DNA from: Candidatus Krumholzibacteriales bacterium
GTDB lineage: Bacteria > Krumholzibacteriota > Krumholzibacteriia > Krumholzibacteriales > WJIX01
DNA: 64,000 bases
NCBI GenBank assembly: GCA_046483305.1
Contig: JAWODM010000034.1
Location: forward strand, 27,997 to 91,996
Direction of reading: 5' to 3'
In this document: positions 46,649 through 57,146 of the stretch, in pieces
Numbering within the stretch: position 1 is the stretch's first letter
How the letters are laid out: every line of letters begins with the position of its first letter
The notes under the pieces: generated by a model
Databases searched by the model: none
What the model was told of the DNA's origin: nothing
What the model saw: only the letters and a program-made list of their open reading frames with translations
Made by a program: the position numbers and the translations under genes

Positions 46649-47959
46649 CTATACCGGGACCGTTTTCTTCCTGTTTTTCCTATTCTGTCCCGCTTCATTC
46701 CTGGCTTTAAGAGATAGCAGCAGAATGCTGAGAGGATCGTCGATGGTTCTTTTCACTTTGGGCAGATGGTTGTAGAAGACGTACCTTCCCCTGTCGAAAT
46801 TCATAATGGAATGGAAAGCCTCTCTGCCGGATTCCGCTCTGTAACTGGCGTGAATTATTTCTCCCCGCCTGAAAAATATCTTCCCGCTGGCCCTGTCCCC
46901 GGAAATTTCCAGCCAGCCGGTTTTAAGATTGCTGTTTAGCAGCGAGACTATATCCAGGATCGGGATGAGGTTGAGATTCCCCTGCAGAGGGTAAGCCCTT
47001 CCCTCTCCGCGCTTGCTGATAAAGACCGCTACAAGAATTATTGACGCTGCCAGGAGCAGAGCGGCTACGTGGCTCAGGGAAATGGATGGAAAGGATACCG
47101 ATCCGCTCTTTCCCTCTTTTTCTTTCCCCTGATTATTATCTGCCTCTGCTTCTTCCAGCTCCTGCTTCTCGGTGAGCAGATTGAGTTCTTCGAGCTTCTC
47201 ATTGGCCCAACGGTTGGAAGGTTCCCTGATAAGTAAGGCCTCCAGGGCTTTTTTCGCTTCTTCCCTTCCGCTGTGAGAATAATTGGCCACCAGATCCGCC
47301 ACCCGCTCTTTTTCTTTTCTGATTGAATTTTCTGAAATTCTCCTGTCTGCCGTTTTCATCAGTGTGTCAATCTCGGGATTGCCCGGATCTCTCTCATACG
47401 CCTGTTCGATGTAATTCCTGGCGGTTTCGGGGCTTCCCAGCGCCAGATGGCATCTGGCCAGATTAATTAGAGGTACCGGATCGTAAGGTTTTATGCCGTG
47501 ATACAGCGAGAGTTTGGGAAGGGCGGAGGTGTATTCTCCCATACTCATAAGTTCTTCCGCCTCCGAAAAAAGTTTCTGGACCAGTATCTTTTCCATTCTC
47601 TTGAGTTTTTCCCTGGCCCAGGAGGCATCAGGGCTCTGCGCCAGTCCTCTCAGAAGAAGCTCCCGGGCGTGTTCGAGCTTTCCCCTGCTTTCATATATCT
47701 GTGAAAGTTGCCATATCGCCGAGGTGAAACCGGGGTCATTCTGAAGAGAAAGTTTCAGCAGCTTTTCGGCCTGGACGTCGTCTCCGGCGGATAATTTCTT
47801 CTGGGCCTCGACGAAGAGATTCTCGGCTTTGATTCTGTCCGCGGCCGGAGAATTCTCAGCGAAAGTAAGAAACGCCAGAATTATTATGGCGGGTTTGAAA
47901 TATCTGTCCAATTTCATTATAGTTTCCTCCGTTATTTTATTCAGCAAATACTGTTCCAC
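46649..47959 (-). CDS. TPR-repeat protein with a signal peptide, one TM segment and a C-terminal DUF4388-like domain
   Basis: Multiple TPR-like helical repeats, TM helix (AALLLAASIILVAVFI), C-terminal GWLEISGDRASGKIFFRRGEIIHA segment typical of DUF4388. Confidence 0.55.
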   Translation of the reverse strand: MEQYLLNKITEETIMKLDRYFKPAIIILAFLTFAENSPAADRIKAENLFVEAQKKLSAGDDVQAEKLLKLSLQNDPGFTSAIWQLSQIYESRGKLEHARELLLRGLAQSPDASWAREKLKRMEKILVQKLFSEAEELMSMGEYTSALPKLSLYHGIKPYDPVPLINLARCHLALGSPETARNYIEQAYERDPGNPEIDTLMKTADRRISENSIRKEKERVADLVANYSHSGREEAKKALEALLIREPSNRWANEKLEELNLLTEKQELEEAEADNNQGKEKEGKSGSVSFPSISLSHVAALLLAASIILVAVFISKRGEGRAYPLQGNLNLIPILDIVSLLNSNLKTGWLEISGDRASGKIFFRRGEIIHASYRAESGREAFHSIMNFDRGRYVFYNHLPKVKRTIDDPLSILLLSLKARNEAGQNRKNRKKTVPV

Positions 47960-48152
47960 AGGAATACGAAATTACCGATTGAAGTAGTGACTGAACTTCT
48001 GTTAATATTCGAGATGCGTTAATTAAACAGGGCCGGCAGCGGTGGGAAATCACGCCCGTTGTTCCGGCTGTATTAATCTATCGGATTGATTATCAGAAAG
48101 TTACGGTTTTGAAAATTGAATCCGGATTGTAAGATTCCAGAAGGAGGATATA

Positions 48153-49304
48153 ATGGATTTCGGATTGAGTGAAGACCAGAAGGCAATACAGGAATCGGCG
48201 CGTTCTTTCGCAAAGGGTGAATTTACAAGGGAATTGGCGGAGAAGCATGAACTCGAACACTCCTTCCCCAGGGATATATGGCAGAAGGCCTGCCAGAACG
48301 GTTTCATAGGTCTTCACTTCCCCGCTGAATTCGGCGGTGTGGGCCTTAATATTCTGGAAAACGTACTGGTGGTGGAGGAATTCTGCAGAAGGGATTCCGG
48401 GATAGGGACCGCCCTGGCTCTTTCAGATTTCGCTTCTGAAATCATTATGCGGTTCGGTTCCGATCAGCAGAAGGAGCGGTATCTTCCGGCGGTGGCCTCA
48501 GGGAAGATGATCTCCGCTGGCGCCTTCACAGAACCGAATCACGGAAGCGATATTACAGAGATGGACACCAGAGCGGTAAAGGATGGAGACGAATGGGTAA
48601 TCAACGGTTCGAAGATGTTTATAACCAACGGTGAAATAGCCGATTTCTATATTGTTCTCTGCCAGGTGGATCCGGATGCCGATCCCAGTTACAGGGGCAT
48701 GGCCACATTCATAGTGGACAGGGATGCCGAAGGGGTCTCCACCGAGGATGCAGGGCATAAGATGGGTATTAAGATGACCTCTACGGCTGAAGTGGTTTTT
48801 GACGATGTCAGGATTCCCGCGGATAATATAATAGGCGAGGAGGGGAAAGGATTTTACCAGGTCCTGGAATTCTTCGATGAGAGCCGTATCGAGATAGCGG
48901 CTACCGCGCTGGGTATCGCCGCCGGAGCGATGGACCGCGCCGTTAATTATGCTAATGAAAGGAAGCAGTTTTCGAGGCCGATTATCAAGTTCCAGGCGAC
49001 TCAGCACAAGATCGCGGAAATGGCCAGCATGATAGAGGCGGCAAGGCTGGTTACGTACAAGGCGGCCTGGAATTTTGATCAGGGCAATATAGACCCTAAA
49101 TTAACTTCCATAGCTAAATATCTGGCTGGAAGAACTGCGGTGAAAGTAGCGGACGAAGCGGTACAGATACATGGCGGTTACGGATACATGCTGGAGTATG
49201 AAGTGGAGCGGTTTTACCGTGACGCCAAAATAGCTGAAATCTATGAAGGGACCAAGGAGATCCAGAAGAATACCATAGCGAGCCAGATAATCAGGGAATT
49301 ATAA
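48153..49304 (+). CDS. acyl-CoA dehydrogenase
   Basis: ACAD family motifs (GxxEPxxGSD, C-terminal YEGTxEIQ); 383 aa. Confidence 0.85.
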   Translation: MDFGLSEDQKAIQESARSFAKGEFTRELAEKHELEHSFPRDIWQKACQNGFIGLHFPAEFGGVGLNILENVLVVEEFCRRDSGIGTALALSDFASEIIMRFGSDQQKERYLPAVASGKMISAGAFTEPNHGSDITEMDTRAVKDGDEWVINGSKMFITNGEIADFYIVLCQVDPDADPSYRGMATFIVDRDAEGVSTEDAGHKMGIKMTSTAEVVFDDVRIPADNIIGEEGKGFYQVLEFFDESRIEIAATALGIAAGAMDRAVNYANERKQFSRPIIKFQATQHKIAEMASMIEAARLVTYKAAWNFDQGNIDPKLTSIAKYLAGRTAVKVADEAVQIHGGYGYMLEYEVERFYRDAKIAEIYEGTKEIQKNTIASQIIREL

Positions 49305-49398
49305 TTCCTGCTTCCGGGTGATTATTCCCTGAAGGATAATTTGTCCGGCTGCTGGACAGGAACATGTTACTGTTTGATATAATCAGCCAGGAGGGAAG

Positions 49399-50760
49399 TT
49401 GATGCCAGGATATGATCTGATTGTGCTCGGCGGCGGGCCCGCGGGATACCCGGCAGCAATCCGGGCGTCTCAGCTGGGGGCGCGGGTCTGCCTTATCGAA
49501 GCGGAAAAACTGGGAGGGGTTTGCCTGAACTGGGGATGTATACCTACCAAGACCATGCATGCGGCGGCGCACCTGATGGAGGCCGGCAGGTCCTTGGATT
49601 TTGCGGACCTTTCCGATGTTGATATGAAATCGCTCTCCGAACACCGAGCGAAGGTAGTGGACAGGCTGGTTTCCGGAGTCCGGAAACTTCTGAAAAAGCG
49701 GGGTGTGGAAGTAATAAGTGGCAGGGGGAGGATTATATCGCCCAGTGAGGTGAAGATCGATTCCGGGGATACCGTAAAAGGGGATAAAATTATCATAGCG
49801 ACCGGCTCTTCCGCCATGAACCTGCCCGGTATGGAATTCGACGGCAAGCTGATATTGAGCAGCAAGGACCTGTTGAACCTGGATTATCTTCCTTCTTCTC
49901 TTCTCATTATAGGAGGAGGGGTTATCGGTTCGGAATTCGCTTCCATATTCAACGCCCTGGGGACCGGGGTGACGGTGGTTGAAATGCTCCCTTCGCTGGT
50001 GTCGGGAGAATCGGACAGGGTCAGCAAGTATCTCCGCATGTTTTTCAGAAAGAAGGGTATTGAGGTGCATCTCGGCTCCAGAGTGGAGAAGATTGAAAAG
50101 AGCGGCGACGGGATTACAGCTCATCTGGAGGACGGTACCGTGATAGAGAGCAGCGCGGCGGTTCTCTCGGTGGGAAGAGTTCCCAATATTGAGGATATAG
50201 GCTTGCGGGAGGTTGGAATCGAGACGAAGGACTCCGCCATCAGGGTAAATGGCAGAATGGAGACCAATGTGAAGGGAGTTTACGCCGCCGGCGACGTAGT
50301 GGGGGGGTATCTGCTCGCTCATGCAGCAACCAGGGAAGGGCTGGTGGCTGCGGAAAATGCGATGGGGGTCGATAGAGAGATAGATTATTCCCTGGTGCCG
50401 TCAACGGTGTATACCATCCCGGAGATAGCGCACGTGGGGCTTAACATGGAGGAAGCTGAATCGAAGGGATTAAAATGTGCCAGCGGACAGTTCCCCTTCT
50501 CCGCTAACGGCAAAGCCCTGGGAATGGACGAACCGGATGGGTTCGCCGGCTGGGTCGCTGAGGAGGAAAGCGGAAAGCTGCTGGGGCTTCACATAATCGG
50601 GCCTGACGCTACCGAACTGGTTTCCATAGGCACTGTGGCGGTGAGTAACGGGATGACCGCCGAGGAATTCGAAGCTCTCATATTCCCTCACCCCACACTC
50701 GGTGAAGCGATATTCGAAGCGGCTGAAGATATTAACTCGAAATCTGTTCATCTTCTTTGA
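49399..50760 (+). CDS. lpd: dihydrolipoyl dehydrogenase
   Basis: GGGPAGY FAD motif, redox-active disulfide GGVCLNWGCIPTK, C-terminal HPTLGE dimerisation motif. Confidence 0.9.
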   Translation: MMPGYDLIVLGGGPAGYPAAIRASQLGARVCLIEAEKLGGVCLNWGCIPTKTMHAAAHLMEAGRSLDFADLSDVDMKSLSEHRAKVVDRLVSGVRKLLKKRGVEVISGRGRIISPSEVKIDSGDTVKGDKIIIATGSSAMNLPGMEFDGKLILSSKDLLNLDYLPSSLLIIGGGVIGSEFASIFNALGTGVTVVEMLPSLVSGESDRVSKYLRMFFRKKGIEVHLGSRVEKIEKSGDGITAHLEDGTVIESSAAVLSVGRVPNIEDIGLREVGIETKDSAIRVNGRMETNVKGVYAAGDVVGGYLLAHAATREGLVAAENAMGVDREIDYSLVPSTVYTIPEIAHVGLNMEEAESKGLKCASGQFPFSANGKALGMDEPDGFAGWVAEEESGKLLGLHIIGPDATELVSIGTVAVSNGMTAEEFEALIFPHPTLGEAIFEAAEDINSKSVHLL

Positions 50761-53393
50761 ATGAAGCCGAGTATTCAGACCATAATCGAGGGAGGCTGCA
50801 GAAAATGAGAAGACCTTTTCCGGTGCCCGTTCTGATGTTTATTCTGATCTTTTCAATATCCGGCCGCTGCCCCGGCTCCGAGACAGGGACCGCTGAGATT
50901 CCCGGGGGGCCCCGGCTGATCGCCGATATTCACCCCGGATCGCCCGCAGTCTGCGTGACGGTATCTGTCGGCGCCGGCTCCGCGGTAGAGACTCCTGAAG
51001 TCAGGGGTATCACACATTTTATAGAGCATATGGCCTTTAACGGTTCGGAAAGATTCTCCAGAAGCGATATCAGCGGATGGGTTGATGATAACGGTGTTTT
51101 TCTCAACGCCTTTACCAGGAAGGAAAGGACCGTATTCTTCATACTGGCGAGAAGCGAAATAGCCGGAGAGGCGGTGGAGATACTTTCCGAAATGCTGCTC
51201 CATTCCGTTTTCCCGCCCTCCGAGATTGAGAAGGAGAGGAATGTGATTCTGGAGGAGATCAGGGAGACCATGGATAATCCGCGCCATGCAAGAGACCGTC
51301 TGGCGGAACGTTATCTGTACGGTGCCAGCCCCCTCGCTCAACCGGTCCTTGGCTACCCCGAAACTATCAATAATATTTCCCGGGAGAAGCTGACAGATTA
51401 TTACCGGAAGTATTATACCCCTTCCAATATGACGGTCTTTGTGATGGGGGGCATTGGCTTTGAAAAAGCCCATGGGCTGGTGCGCGACTATTTTGGTTCA
51501 TTCCGCACCAGCGACGGAACGGAAAGAAAACCTCTGGTGCCGGGATGCATGGTCCGCTACGGAAATACCGTCAGGGTCAGAAGTAATGAGAGGTTTGAAG
51601 AGGGACTGGATCTTTTGATAAGAATAAAGGGCGCGAGAAGCAGGGTAGACCGGCTGGCGGCGGGAAGGATCCTGTTATCACTGGTATCCGGCGATAATTC
51701 TCCGTTTCGGAAGCGGTTGCAGGATATGGGAGTCCGGCCGCCGCAGTCCAGCATTGAACTTCACGGGGACTGCTGTTCATTCCGATTCAGCTTTGCCGCC
51801 GGAAAGGGCGGCGCCGGTGACCTTAAGGCAATACCGGCTGTGCTGGAGGAGCTCTCTGACTGGAAACCGGACAGGAACACGATAGAATCGGCGGTAAAAG
51901 CATATATTGCCTCGGACCTGTTCGACCGCGAAAAATATCATTATTACCTGATGCTTCACGGTGAGGAAATGGCCTATCTCGGGGAGAGTTATTTCGTTGA
52001 ATACCTGGAGGGAATAAAGGAAGTTTCTGAAGATCAGATAGGGGATGTTCTCGAAAAAAGCTTTTCTGAAATGGAGTACAACGGATGCATATTCGTAAAG
52101 GAGCAGAAGAGGGATTTCAGGAAAGCGGTTCAGTTTGATTCCAGGACACTTGATAACGGCGTGGAGATCGCTTCGATCAGAAGAACGGGGTCGGAAGTAG
52201 CCGCTCTTCATATGCTTATCGAGAATGGAAATTGTATCTGGGGGCCGGAAGAGGCGGGTCTGCCGTCATTAATCCACACCGCGCTGGAGGCTTCAGCCGG
52301 GGAAACCGGCCTGAATGAGAAGCTGGACAGGCTGGGAAGCAGGGTCAGCTGGGGAGATAATCCCTATATTCCGATGGACGATTATCTTCTGAACCGGTCA
52401 TATTCATTTATAAGGCTGGAGGCTCCCCTTTCCAATTTCAGGGAGGCTGCCGGACAGTTGATAGAGCATGTCGCCGGCGCCCGGTTAAGTGAGGAGTTGC
52501 TTGGCGGAGCGATGGCGGAATTAAGAAGAGAAACCATGATCAGGGAGGGCAACCCGCTGTTCAGGCTGAGAGAAAGATTTTACCGGGAGCTTTTTCCCGG
52601 ACACCCCTTCGGCGGATCGATCTTTCCATCCGGCAGGCTGGAGGTAACCTCTGACTCCATATCCTGTTACCGAAGAGATTATCTCAGCGGCAATAATATA
52701 ATCGCCACTCTGGTTTCAGGCCTGCCCGAAGATGAAGCGGAAGGGCTGCTTTCGGATCTCCTTGGGGAAATTGCCCCGGGTGGCGGATCGGCCGGCTGCC
52801 CCCCCTTCCCGGAACAGGCAGCCGCCGGACGGAGAAAAGTTACAGCTGAAAGCGGCGGCGCCTATCTGCTGGCAGGTTTTGCCGGAAAGCAGCTCGATCC
52901 CGGCGAAACAGCAGCGGTGGCGGTGGCCTCCGAGGTTCTGGACAGGAGGATGAAGAATCAGATAAGAGAAAACAGGGGGCTGGCATACTCTACCGGCTGT
53001 AATTTCAAGTTGATGAAGGGCGGATTCGTGGTGGAAATTCACCTGGGGACCCGTTCCTCAAACCTGAATGAAGCTTCCGAAGCTATGATGGAGGAACTGG
53101 CTTCTCTGCTTTCGGATAAACCGGGTGAAGATGAGATTGAAGTGGCAGTCAGCAGGATATGTTCGGAAAGGGCCAGGAGAGAGCTGAGCAGTATTAACCA
53201 GGCTTATGCGGCAGGCCTGGATATCTACTGCCTCTCAGGAAACAGGTTTGTAAATGTGGTGGCGGAAGCCGGCGTTGATGAAGTGCGCCGGGTGATCGAA
53301 GACTTTTTTGATCCGGACAGGATATTTTATCTTGAGATGGTTCCGGAGCAGTCCGATTCGGGAGAAAAAACCGGTTTTCCGGGAATGAAATAA
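50757..53393 (+). CDS. M16 family (pitrilysin/insulinase-like) zinc peptidase, tandem M16 halves, with signal peptide
   Basis: Inverted zinc motif HFIEH plus downstream EE; 878 aa. ATGA overlap with lpd; the start could instead be 50805. Confidence 0.75.
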   Translation: MNEAEYSDHNRGRLQKMRRPFPVPVLMFILIFSISGRCPGSETGTAEIPGGPRLIADIHPGSPAVCVTVSVGAGSAVETPEVRGITHFIEHMAFNGSERFSRSDISGWVDDNGVFLNAFTRKERTVFFILARSEIAGEAVEILSEMLLHSVFPPSEIEKERNVILEEIRETMDNPRHARDRLAERYLYGASPLAQPVLGYPETINNISREKLTDYYRKYYTPSNMTVFVMGGIGFEKAHGLVRDYFGSFRTSDGTERKPLVPGCMVRYGNTVRVRSNERFEEGLDLLIRIKGARSRVDRLAAGRILLSLVSGDNSPFRKRLQDMGVRPPQSSIELHGDCCSFRFSFAAGKGGAGDLKAIPAVLEELSDWKPDRNTIESAVKAYIASDLFDREKYHYYLMLHGEEMAYLGESYFVEYLEGIKEVSEDQIGDVLEKSFSEMEYNGCIFVKEQKRDFRKAVQFDSRTLDNGVEIASIRRTGSEVAALHMLIENGNCIWGPEEAGLPSLIHTALEASAGETGLNEKLDRLGSRVSWGDNPYIPMDDYLLNRSYSFIRLEAPLSNFREAAGQLIEHVAGARLSEELLGGAMAELRRETMIREGNPLFRLRERFYRELFPGHPFGGSIFPSGRLEVTSDSISCYRRDYLSGNNIIATLVSGLPEDEAEGLLSDLLGEIAPGGGSAGCPPFPEQAAAGRRKVTAESGGAYLLAGFAGKQLDPGETAAVAVASEVLDRRMKNQIRENRGLAYSTGCNFKLMKGGFVVEIHLGTRSSNLNEASEAMMEELASLLSDKPGEDEIEVAVSRICSERARRELSSINQAYAAGLDIYCLSGNRFVNVVAEAGVDEVRRVIEDFFDPDRIFYLEMVPEQSDSGEKTGFPGMK

Positions 53394-53478
53394 TTAGGAT
53401 TAAAAATGTTGACCGGAATAATTTATTTATTAATATATATGCATGTTATTGTACCAGTGAACTTAGATGGAGGATCTG

Positions 53479-53652
53479 ATGGCTTACAAAATTACCGATG
53501 AATGTATCGCTTGTGGTTCCTGTCTTCCCGAGTGCCCCGTAGAAGCGATCGAGGAAGGCGAGGAAAAGTTTACCATAGACCCTGAACTCTGCACCGATTG
53601 CGCGGCATGCGTTGAGGTTTGCCCGGTGGATTCGATTGTTGAGGGTGACTGA
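53479..53652 (+). CDS. 2x[4Fe-4S] ferredoxin
   Basis: CIACGSCLPECP and CTDCAACVEVCP motifs; 57 aa from ATG 53479. Confidence 0.85.
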   Translation: MAYKITDECIACGSCLPECPVEAIEEGEEKFTIDPELCTDCAACVEVCPVDSIVEGD

Positions 53653-53689
53653 TTAACTGATGTCGTCAAAAAAGTACCGTTTGACGAGT

Positions 53690-54706
53690 ATGGCTTCGTG
53701 CGCGGGCTGAGCTTCCAAGCTCAGCCCGACGGAGTTGCGGCAGGTACTCAAGAGTTTTCCTTCCTACCATCATCCCGATCTGATATTAGGTTTTGATCAC
53801 GCCGATGATTGCGGCGTTATGCGGATATGCGAGGACCGGGCTGTAATCGTTACGGTTGATTTCTTTCCCGCTATCGCGGACGACCCCGTGGTATTCGGCC
53901 GGATAGCGGCCGCGAACGCCCTGAGCGATATTTACGCCATGGGCGGCACCCCGCTGTGCGCTCTGAATATCGTTTCCTTCCCCGAGGGCAAACTCCCCCT
54001 GGAGGTTCTGGAAGCTGTCCTGATAGGCGGAGCCGAGAAGATTGCAGAGGCGGGAGCGGTGGTGGTGGGCGGACACACCTTGAAGGATTCTGAACTGAAA
54101 TACGGGCTTTCGGTTACCGGCACAATTCATCCGGACAGGATAGTTTATAACAGCGGGGCCAAACCCGGAGACGCCCTGATTCTGACCAAACCCCTGGGGA
54201 CCGGTATATATTCCACCGCTCTCAGGAACGGAGCGCTTTCCGGCGAACTGGAGGAGGATATGTACCGGGTTATGTCCGCGCTGAACAGGGACGCGTCTGA
54301 GGTAATGAATGAGCTTGGCGTAAATGCCTGCACCGATATCACGGGATATGGGTTGGCCGGACATGCCCTGGAGATCGCCGAAGAATCGAGCGTAAGCCTG
54401 AGAATTGACCTTGACTCTGTTCCGTACCTGCCGGCTGCCAGGGAGCTTGCCGGGAAAGGTTTCCTTACCGGGGGCGGAATGGCAAACCTGAAGGACTCTG
54501 AAGCCAGAATGAAATCGAACATTGAGCTTTCCGGTGTGGATAAGATGCTTTTATGCGACCCTCAGACTTCCGGAGGGCTGCTGGTATCGATAGCCCGGGA
54601 AAAGAGCGGCAGGTATCTCGATATGCTCAGGGACAGGGGGATTTCCGAAGCGGCGGTAATCGGAGATGTTGCGGAGAGGGTAGAGGCTGCCATAATCTGG
54701 AGGTAG
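53690..54706 (+). CDS. selD: selenide, water dikinase (selenophosphate synthetase) with an in-frame UGA selenocysteine codon at 53708-53710
   Basis: From ATG 53690: MASCAG-U-ASKLSPTEL matches the SelD active-site motif GxG(C/U)GxKI. Downstream DDCGVM, GGHT, AIR-synthase-like fold. The track ORF starts at TTG 53735, after the TGA. Confidence 0.85.
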
Positions 54707-54718
54707 GCGGGCGGTCCG

Positions 54719-55276
54719 TCATTCTCTGTTTCTTCTTTCTTCAGCTTCTTTCAGACTGAGAATACAACCGCAGTAGTCCTGCCTGGTAAGGCCGAGTTCC
54801 CTGCTTTTCTCAACGCTCAGCTTGAATCCATCCCTCTTCTTGAAATCTCCGTCATGGAACCTGACTCCATATTTTTCGGCCGCCATCCTGCCGGTTTCGA
54901 GTATCTTCCGGTAAACCTTATGGGGGCTCACCGAAAGAGTGGTGGTGAAGATATCCATGCCCATCCCGGAAGCTCTCCTGGCGGTTTCCTCCATCCTGAG
55001 GCCGTAGCATTCCCAGCATCTTCTGCTCTTTTCCGGAAGGTGACGGTAGGGCGATACGGCCTCATCCCATAATTCGGGGCGGTACTCCCCGTATTCCAGA
55101 TCGGCGCCAAAGCGTTTCGCCACCAGTTTCATTTCCTCCAGCCTGATATTATACTCTTCCTCCGGTTGAATATTTGGGTTGAAAAACAGGGTTTTGACAA
55201 TATATCTATCCTGCAGGTGAGGTATTACGTAACTGGCGCAGCAGGCGCAGCAGGTGTGAAGCAGTATGGTATTCAT
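54719..55276 (-). CDS. queH: epoxyqueuosine reductase QueH (DUF208)
   Basis: N-terminal LLHTCCACC motif and the CWEC...CGC Cys pattern of QueH. Start chosen at the internal Met (MNTILLH). Confidence 0.7.
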   Translation of the reverse strand: MNTILLHTCCACCASYVIPHLQDRYIVKTLFFNPNIQPEEEYNIRLEEMKLVAKRFGADLEYGEYRPELWDEAVSPYRHLPEKSRRCWECYGLRMEETARRASGMGMDIFTTTLSVSPHKVYRKILETGRMAAEKYGVRFHDGDFKKRDGFKLSVEKSRELGLTRQDYCGCILSLKEAEERRNRE

Positions 55277-55280
55277 CGGA

Positions 55281-56666
55281 TTAACGGGAATTTGAAGACT
55301 GAGCCTGAGAGACAGGGGGGATATCAGAGCCCGGCCTGTCTGAACCTTGCCCGTCACCGCTTGAGCTGTAATAAATCCCGTTCTGAATTTCTATGGAATT
55401 GAGCTCTGCCAGGAGTTCGTTCTTCAACAGGTTGAACTCCGGCATGGCCGTCTCGGCGACCGGGCTTGCCGGAGGCAGATCCAGTTTCCTGGGATTGACG
55501 AAACGCCCGTTCTTCTTGATTCTGTAATCCAGATGGGGGCCGGTGGAGTAACCGGTTGAGCCGACATAACCTATTATCTGCCCCTGTTTGACATTGGCTC
55601 CGTATTTTATCCCGGAGGCGAACTTCTGAAGGTGCAGATAGTACGAGATATAATTGCTGTTATGACGGATCTTTATATAGTTTCCGTTCGCCCTGGTCCG
55701 GGAAGCCTTTATTACAGTTCCCTCGCCGGTGGAATGAACCGGGGTGCCGAGCGGGGCGGCATAGTCTATCCCCAGGTGAGACCTGTAGTGATGAAGAACC
55801 GGATGGTAACGCCGGTAACTGAAGTTGGAACTGATCCTGGTGTAGGAAAGCGGCGCCCTGAGAAGCTGCTTCCGGAGGGAATTGCCCATTTCGTCGTAAT
55901 AATCGTAAAAATCTTCCCCGTCATTCCTGAACAGGAAAGCGTAATGCTTCTCCCCGTCGCAGTTGAATTCACAGGAGATGATTTTTCCTATTCTGTTTAC
56001 CGTTTTTCCCCCCGGTTTTCTGATCTTCTTCTCCTCGTAAACCAGGCGGAAGTAATCTCCGCGTCTGAGTTCGGTGAAGAAGTCGATGTCCCACTGGTAG
56101 ATATTACTGATTTCTCCGGCCAGCTCAAAGGGCAGGTTATTTTCCTGCACGGTATGGTAGAGTGAATTGTCTATAATCCCGGATGCGATCTTTCTATGAA
56201 CAGTATAGGGGTAGTGCCTTCTTCTTACGGATATATCCCCGGGGGAAAGGCTGATATCAAGATACTGCTCATCATCTATGGACATCTGAATTCCGGTTAC
56301 CTCTCCGCCGGGGCTCCGGAATACCGAATATTTCTGGCCTGGATAAATCTTCCTCAGGTTGTAAACCCCATTGGAGGCCTTTATTATTCCATGGACCTTC
56401 TGTGGAGAGATGTATCTGCACATCAGATCGAAAAAGTTCATATTCCTGCCCACGGTGCCGTCTATGGAACTTACCTCCGGGGGGGAGGCTTCCGGTTCGG
56501 CCCCGGCATTTTCCACTTCGGCCGCGGTTTTTTCAGCCGGCTCACGCACCTTCCCGTTTTCTCCGCCGCCACCTCTTCCGCTGTAAATAACCAGGGAGAA
56601 GATGAGAATAATGGCAAGGAAGATTACCAATCCGGCTATCAGGTTATTTCTGTTTGTTTCAATCAT
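55281..56666 (-). CDS. M23 family murein DD-endopeptidase-like protein with an N-terminal TM anchor
   Basis: LytM motifs HLGIDYAAPLGTPV and GSTGYSTGPHLDY; 461 aa. Confidence 0.8.
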   Translation of the reverse strand: MIETNRNNLIAGLVIFLAIILIFSLVIYSGRGGGGENGKVREPAEKTAAEVENAGAEPEASPPEVSSIDGTVGRNMNFFDLMCRYISPQKVHGIIKASNGVYNLRKIYPGQKYSVFRSPGGEVTGIQMSIDDEQYLDISLSPGDISVRRRHYPYTVHRKIASGIIDNSLYHTVQENNLPFELAGEISNIYQWDIDFFTELRRGDYFRLVYEEKKIRKPGGKTVNRIGKIISCEFNCDGEKHYAFLFRNDGEDFYDYYDEMGNSLRKQLLRAPLSYTRISSNFSYRRYHPVLHHYRSHLGIDYAAPLGTPVHSTGEGTVIKASRTRANGNYIKIRHNSNYISYYLHLQKFASGIKYGANVKQGQIIGYVGSTGYSTGPHLDYRIKKNGRFVNPRKLDLPPASPVAETAMPEFNLLKNELLAELNSIEIQNGIYYSSSGDGQGSDRPGSDIPPVSQAQSSNSR

Positions 56667-57084
56667 AAATATTCCCGTATTAACTTGATAGAATATATCG
56701 TTATTACGAGAAAATGGTCAAGGAATATTTTGGTTTCTGACACGTAATATTTACGATATATCTGAATCAATGCGCATCAGATTGTCTGCCTCCAGCCGAT
56801 ATGTTGTTTATTGCAAGCGCCGTACCTGAATCATACCCTTTATTGAAATCAGCCCGGGAAAATTGATCATATTCGACCCTGATCGCGCCGATCTACCCTG
56901 TAATTCAAAATGGCTGATTATTACGATGGCTTTCTTGTTGAACTGTCCGGGTATTCCGCCGGTTTCTGGGTAAGGCGGGAAGGGCGGGGTGGCCGCGAGA
57001 GCTGAAAGTGACGGAGATCTTTCCCTCATTCTCTGGCCGGGCGGGCTGAACCTCCGGGAAAAGCCTGTCTGTTATCCTGCCGAG

Positions 57085-57113
57085 TTGAAAAAACCTCCTT
57101 TTCCAGGTATAAT
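57085..57113 (+). promoter_or_regulatory. consensus-like sigma70 promoter (TTGAAA, 17 nt spacer, TATAAT) upstream of the exonuclease-helicase pair
   Basis: TTGAAA at 57085-57090 and TATAAT at 57108-57113, 33 nt before ATG 57147. Confidence 0.45.
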
Positions 57114-57146
57114 TCCGGTTGAGGATATCGATCAGGGAGGCGCCGC

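Noticed and set aside
41349-53710. Possible genetic-code reassignment of TGA (code 4/25) to explain the two in-frame TGAs
   Set aside because: TGA is used as a genuine stop in several confident genes here (mvhG, folC, lpd, serS-adjacent overlaps in ATGA form). The readthrough is local, most simply selenocysteine for selD.
55166-56165. Plus-strand ORFs (78 and 177 aa) across queH and the M23 peptidase
   Set aside because: Antisense to genes with strong family motifs (LLHTCC in QueH; HxxxD/HLDY in LytM).
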